This document shows, in pieces, positions 62,449 to 64,000 of a stretch of 64,000 nucleotides of DNA (its first letter is position 1; each line of letters begins with the position of its first letter). The notes below the pieces were generated by a model that was not told the DNA's origin, did no database searches, and saw only the letters and a list, made by a program, of their open reading frames with translations. This stretch comes from Phoronis australis. Lineage: Eukaryota > Animalia > Phoronida. Where the stretch lies: positions 156,674 through 220,673 of the forward strand of contig NMRA01000611.1 in the NCBI GenBank assembly GCA_002633005.1. Direction: 5' to 3'. The position numbers and the translations under genes are program-made.

Positions 62449-63068
62449 CATTCCTTAGAAAATACGTTAATGGATTACTGTTAATCAGAGCGCTAGACTG
62501 AAAATTGCAAGATCCCAAGGTTCAAACCTTCGCCATCTAATAAGAAAAAATATAATTGAAATGCCACCACGAGGAAAGAGATATCCGTGATCTAGCACTT
62601 GAGGATGGCTTAGGTGATGGACCCAAACAGCATGCCAATGTAAATAAGATTGGTGTGAATAGATCTAAGGAATTTAGCCATGTTAGATTGTTATATTTTG
62701 TTACTTGTGACCTGTCATATTCTACCCACAAGCTCCTCTAATCAATAAAATTACAATATTATCAACTGTTATCAGATCAGATGATGACTGAGCAGGTAAC
62801 ATCAAAATGAAAACTGACGTCATTCTGATATTGCTGAAATTTAAGACCAGTCATCCCTGTTGTCATTTTTGATTTAAAATAATTATTGCATCTGGCATAG
62901 ACCACAGTATATGCCTCAACATGTCCCCATACAACTGCAAAGTTTCTTAAATACAAATACAAATAGTAGGTAACTTATACCCCATAATTTTAAACTACGT
63001 ATTCTTGATGCAATTCCAAAGTTAGACCAAAAAAGATAAATAGGACTGACCACTGAAGAATGCCATCT

Positions 63069-63078
63069 GGAATATCCC
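63069..63078. promoter_or_regulatory. kappaB-like site GGAATATCCC upstream of the 63191 gene
   Basis: Sense context catctGGAATATCCC matches catctGGAAAGTCCC upstream of the 24018 gene, in the same orientation and similar position. Confidence 0.45.
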
Positions 63079-63190
63079 ACGATAAACGTGAGAGAGGATA
63101 GCCAATATGTGGGAGGGTATCAGTTAATAAATTCTCAGGTCATGTTTCAACCTTCACTCAACACAACAAAACGTATCCTGGAGATTCAAC

Positions 63191-64000
63191 ATGAAAGAAT
63201 CCGACAATGACGTCAGACGTGCAAGACATTACACAGCACCAGTAGTGGTTATTTTGGTTCTGGTTTTGCTGTTGGCCTTGGTCAGTTTTGGACTGGCCAT
63301 CTATGTTCTCTTTGAGGTACAACACCTCAAGGATAGAACAGCCACCAAGGATGATGGTTTCCAGGACAGGCTCAACGTTGATAAACTGGACGAAAGTCAA
63401 ACAACTCTGTACAATGAACTGGTGAAATTGAAACAAGAAAACAAGCACCTTAAAGCACGTCTTTCTGATAGTGAGAGAAAAATGGAGCGTCAGCTCAAAG
63501 TCATGCGTGCAACAATATTTAGTCAATATGAACATGCACAAACCAAAAACACTCTTCAAAAAACAGGATTTGAAGTTAATGAAACTACATTAATTTCTCG
63601 AGGAAGGCGTACTGCAGTCAACTTCCCCACAGCTGGAGAAGTGACCAAGTTTCAGTGTCTACAAGGCAGAGATGGCAGAGATGGGCGTGATGGCCAACCA
63701 GGACCACCTGGTGCTAATGGTATTAGTGCAGATGACTTGCAGAAAGTACTGAGCACCTTTAAGGATTCCATGCTGCAAGCACAGAAGGCTAAGACTGATG
63801 TGAAGTACTACAATGGGACTGAAGGTGGAGCTGTGTACATAAGGTGGGGACGGACATCATGTCCAGCAACATCCAAACTGTTGTATGATGGGATTGCAGC
63901 AGGTTCATATTACACTCACACTGGAGGTGGAAGTGAGAAGCTTTGTCTCCCACATGATCCACAGTGGGGAAAATACCAAGATGGCTTCCAGAGTAATTCT
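63191..64000 (+). CDS. Short-chain collagen C4-like paralogue, 5' 270 codons, runs off window end (absent from ORF track)
   Basis: Hand translation from gagattcaacATG at 63191 is open to 64000: [48 protein letters not shown]...SRGRRTAVNF...[20 protein letters not shown]...[13 protein letters not shown]...[11 protein letters not shown]. Confidence 0.88.
   Translation, partial: MKESDNDVRRARHYTAPVVVILVLVLLLALVSFGLAIYVLFEVQHLKDRTATKDDGFQDRLNVDKLDESQTTLYNELVKLKQENKHLKARLSDSERKMERQLKVMRATIFSQYEHAQTKNTLQKTGFEVNETTLISRGRRTAVNFPTAGEVTKFQCLQGRDGRDGRDGQPGPPGANGISADDLQKVLSTFKDSMLQAQKAKTDVKYYNGTEGGAVYIRWGRTSCPATSKLLYDGIAAGSYYTHTGGGSEKLCLPHDPQWGKYQDGFQSNS

Overview
AT-rich, intron-containing animal (invertebrate-type) genomic DNA, not prokaryotic. 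(1) The + strand carries the 3' part of an EPG5 autophagy gene; I could join 29 GT-AG exons in consistent phase from 109 to the stop at 44131. (2) Facing it tail-to-tail on the - strand is the 3' part of a HAP2/GCS1 gamete-fusogen gene (recognisable exons 56878 down to 48925; its 5' exons appear to lie beyond the window). (3) Nested antisense in an 18-kb EPG5 intron (5 copies) and upstream of the first visible HAP2 exon, presumably in a HAP2 intron (2 copies, one missed by the ORF track), is an intronless gene family. Its layout is type II TM anchor, coiled coil, furin site, Cys, short Gly-X-Y collagen, then a short-chain-collagen-C4/spongin-type C-terminal domain. Two copies replace the globular head with a GPI-signal-like tail, giving a tetherin-like topology. 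Two copies have a kappaB-type motif at the same promoter position. The window also has piggyBac and Penelope-like fossils, MITEs, tRNA-derived SINE heads, tandem repeats and one N gap. Gene identities come from recognising motifs by eye; no database search was run.
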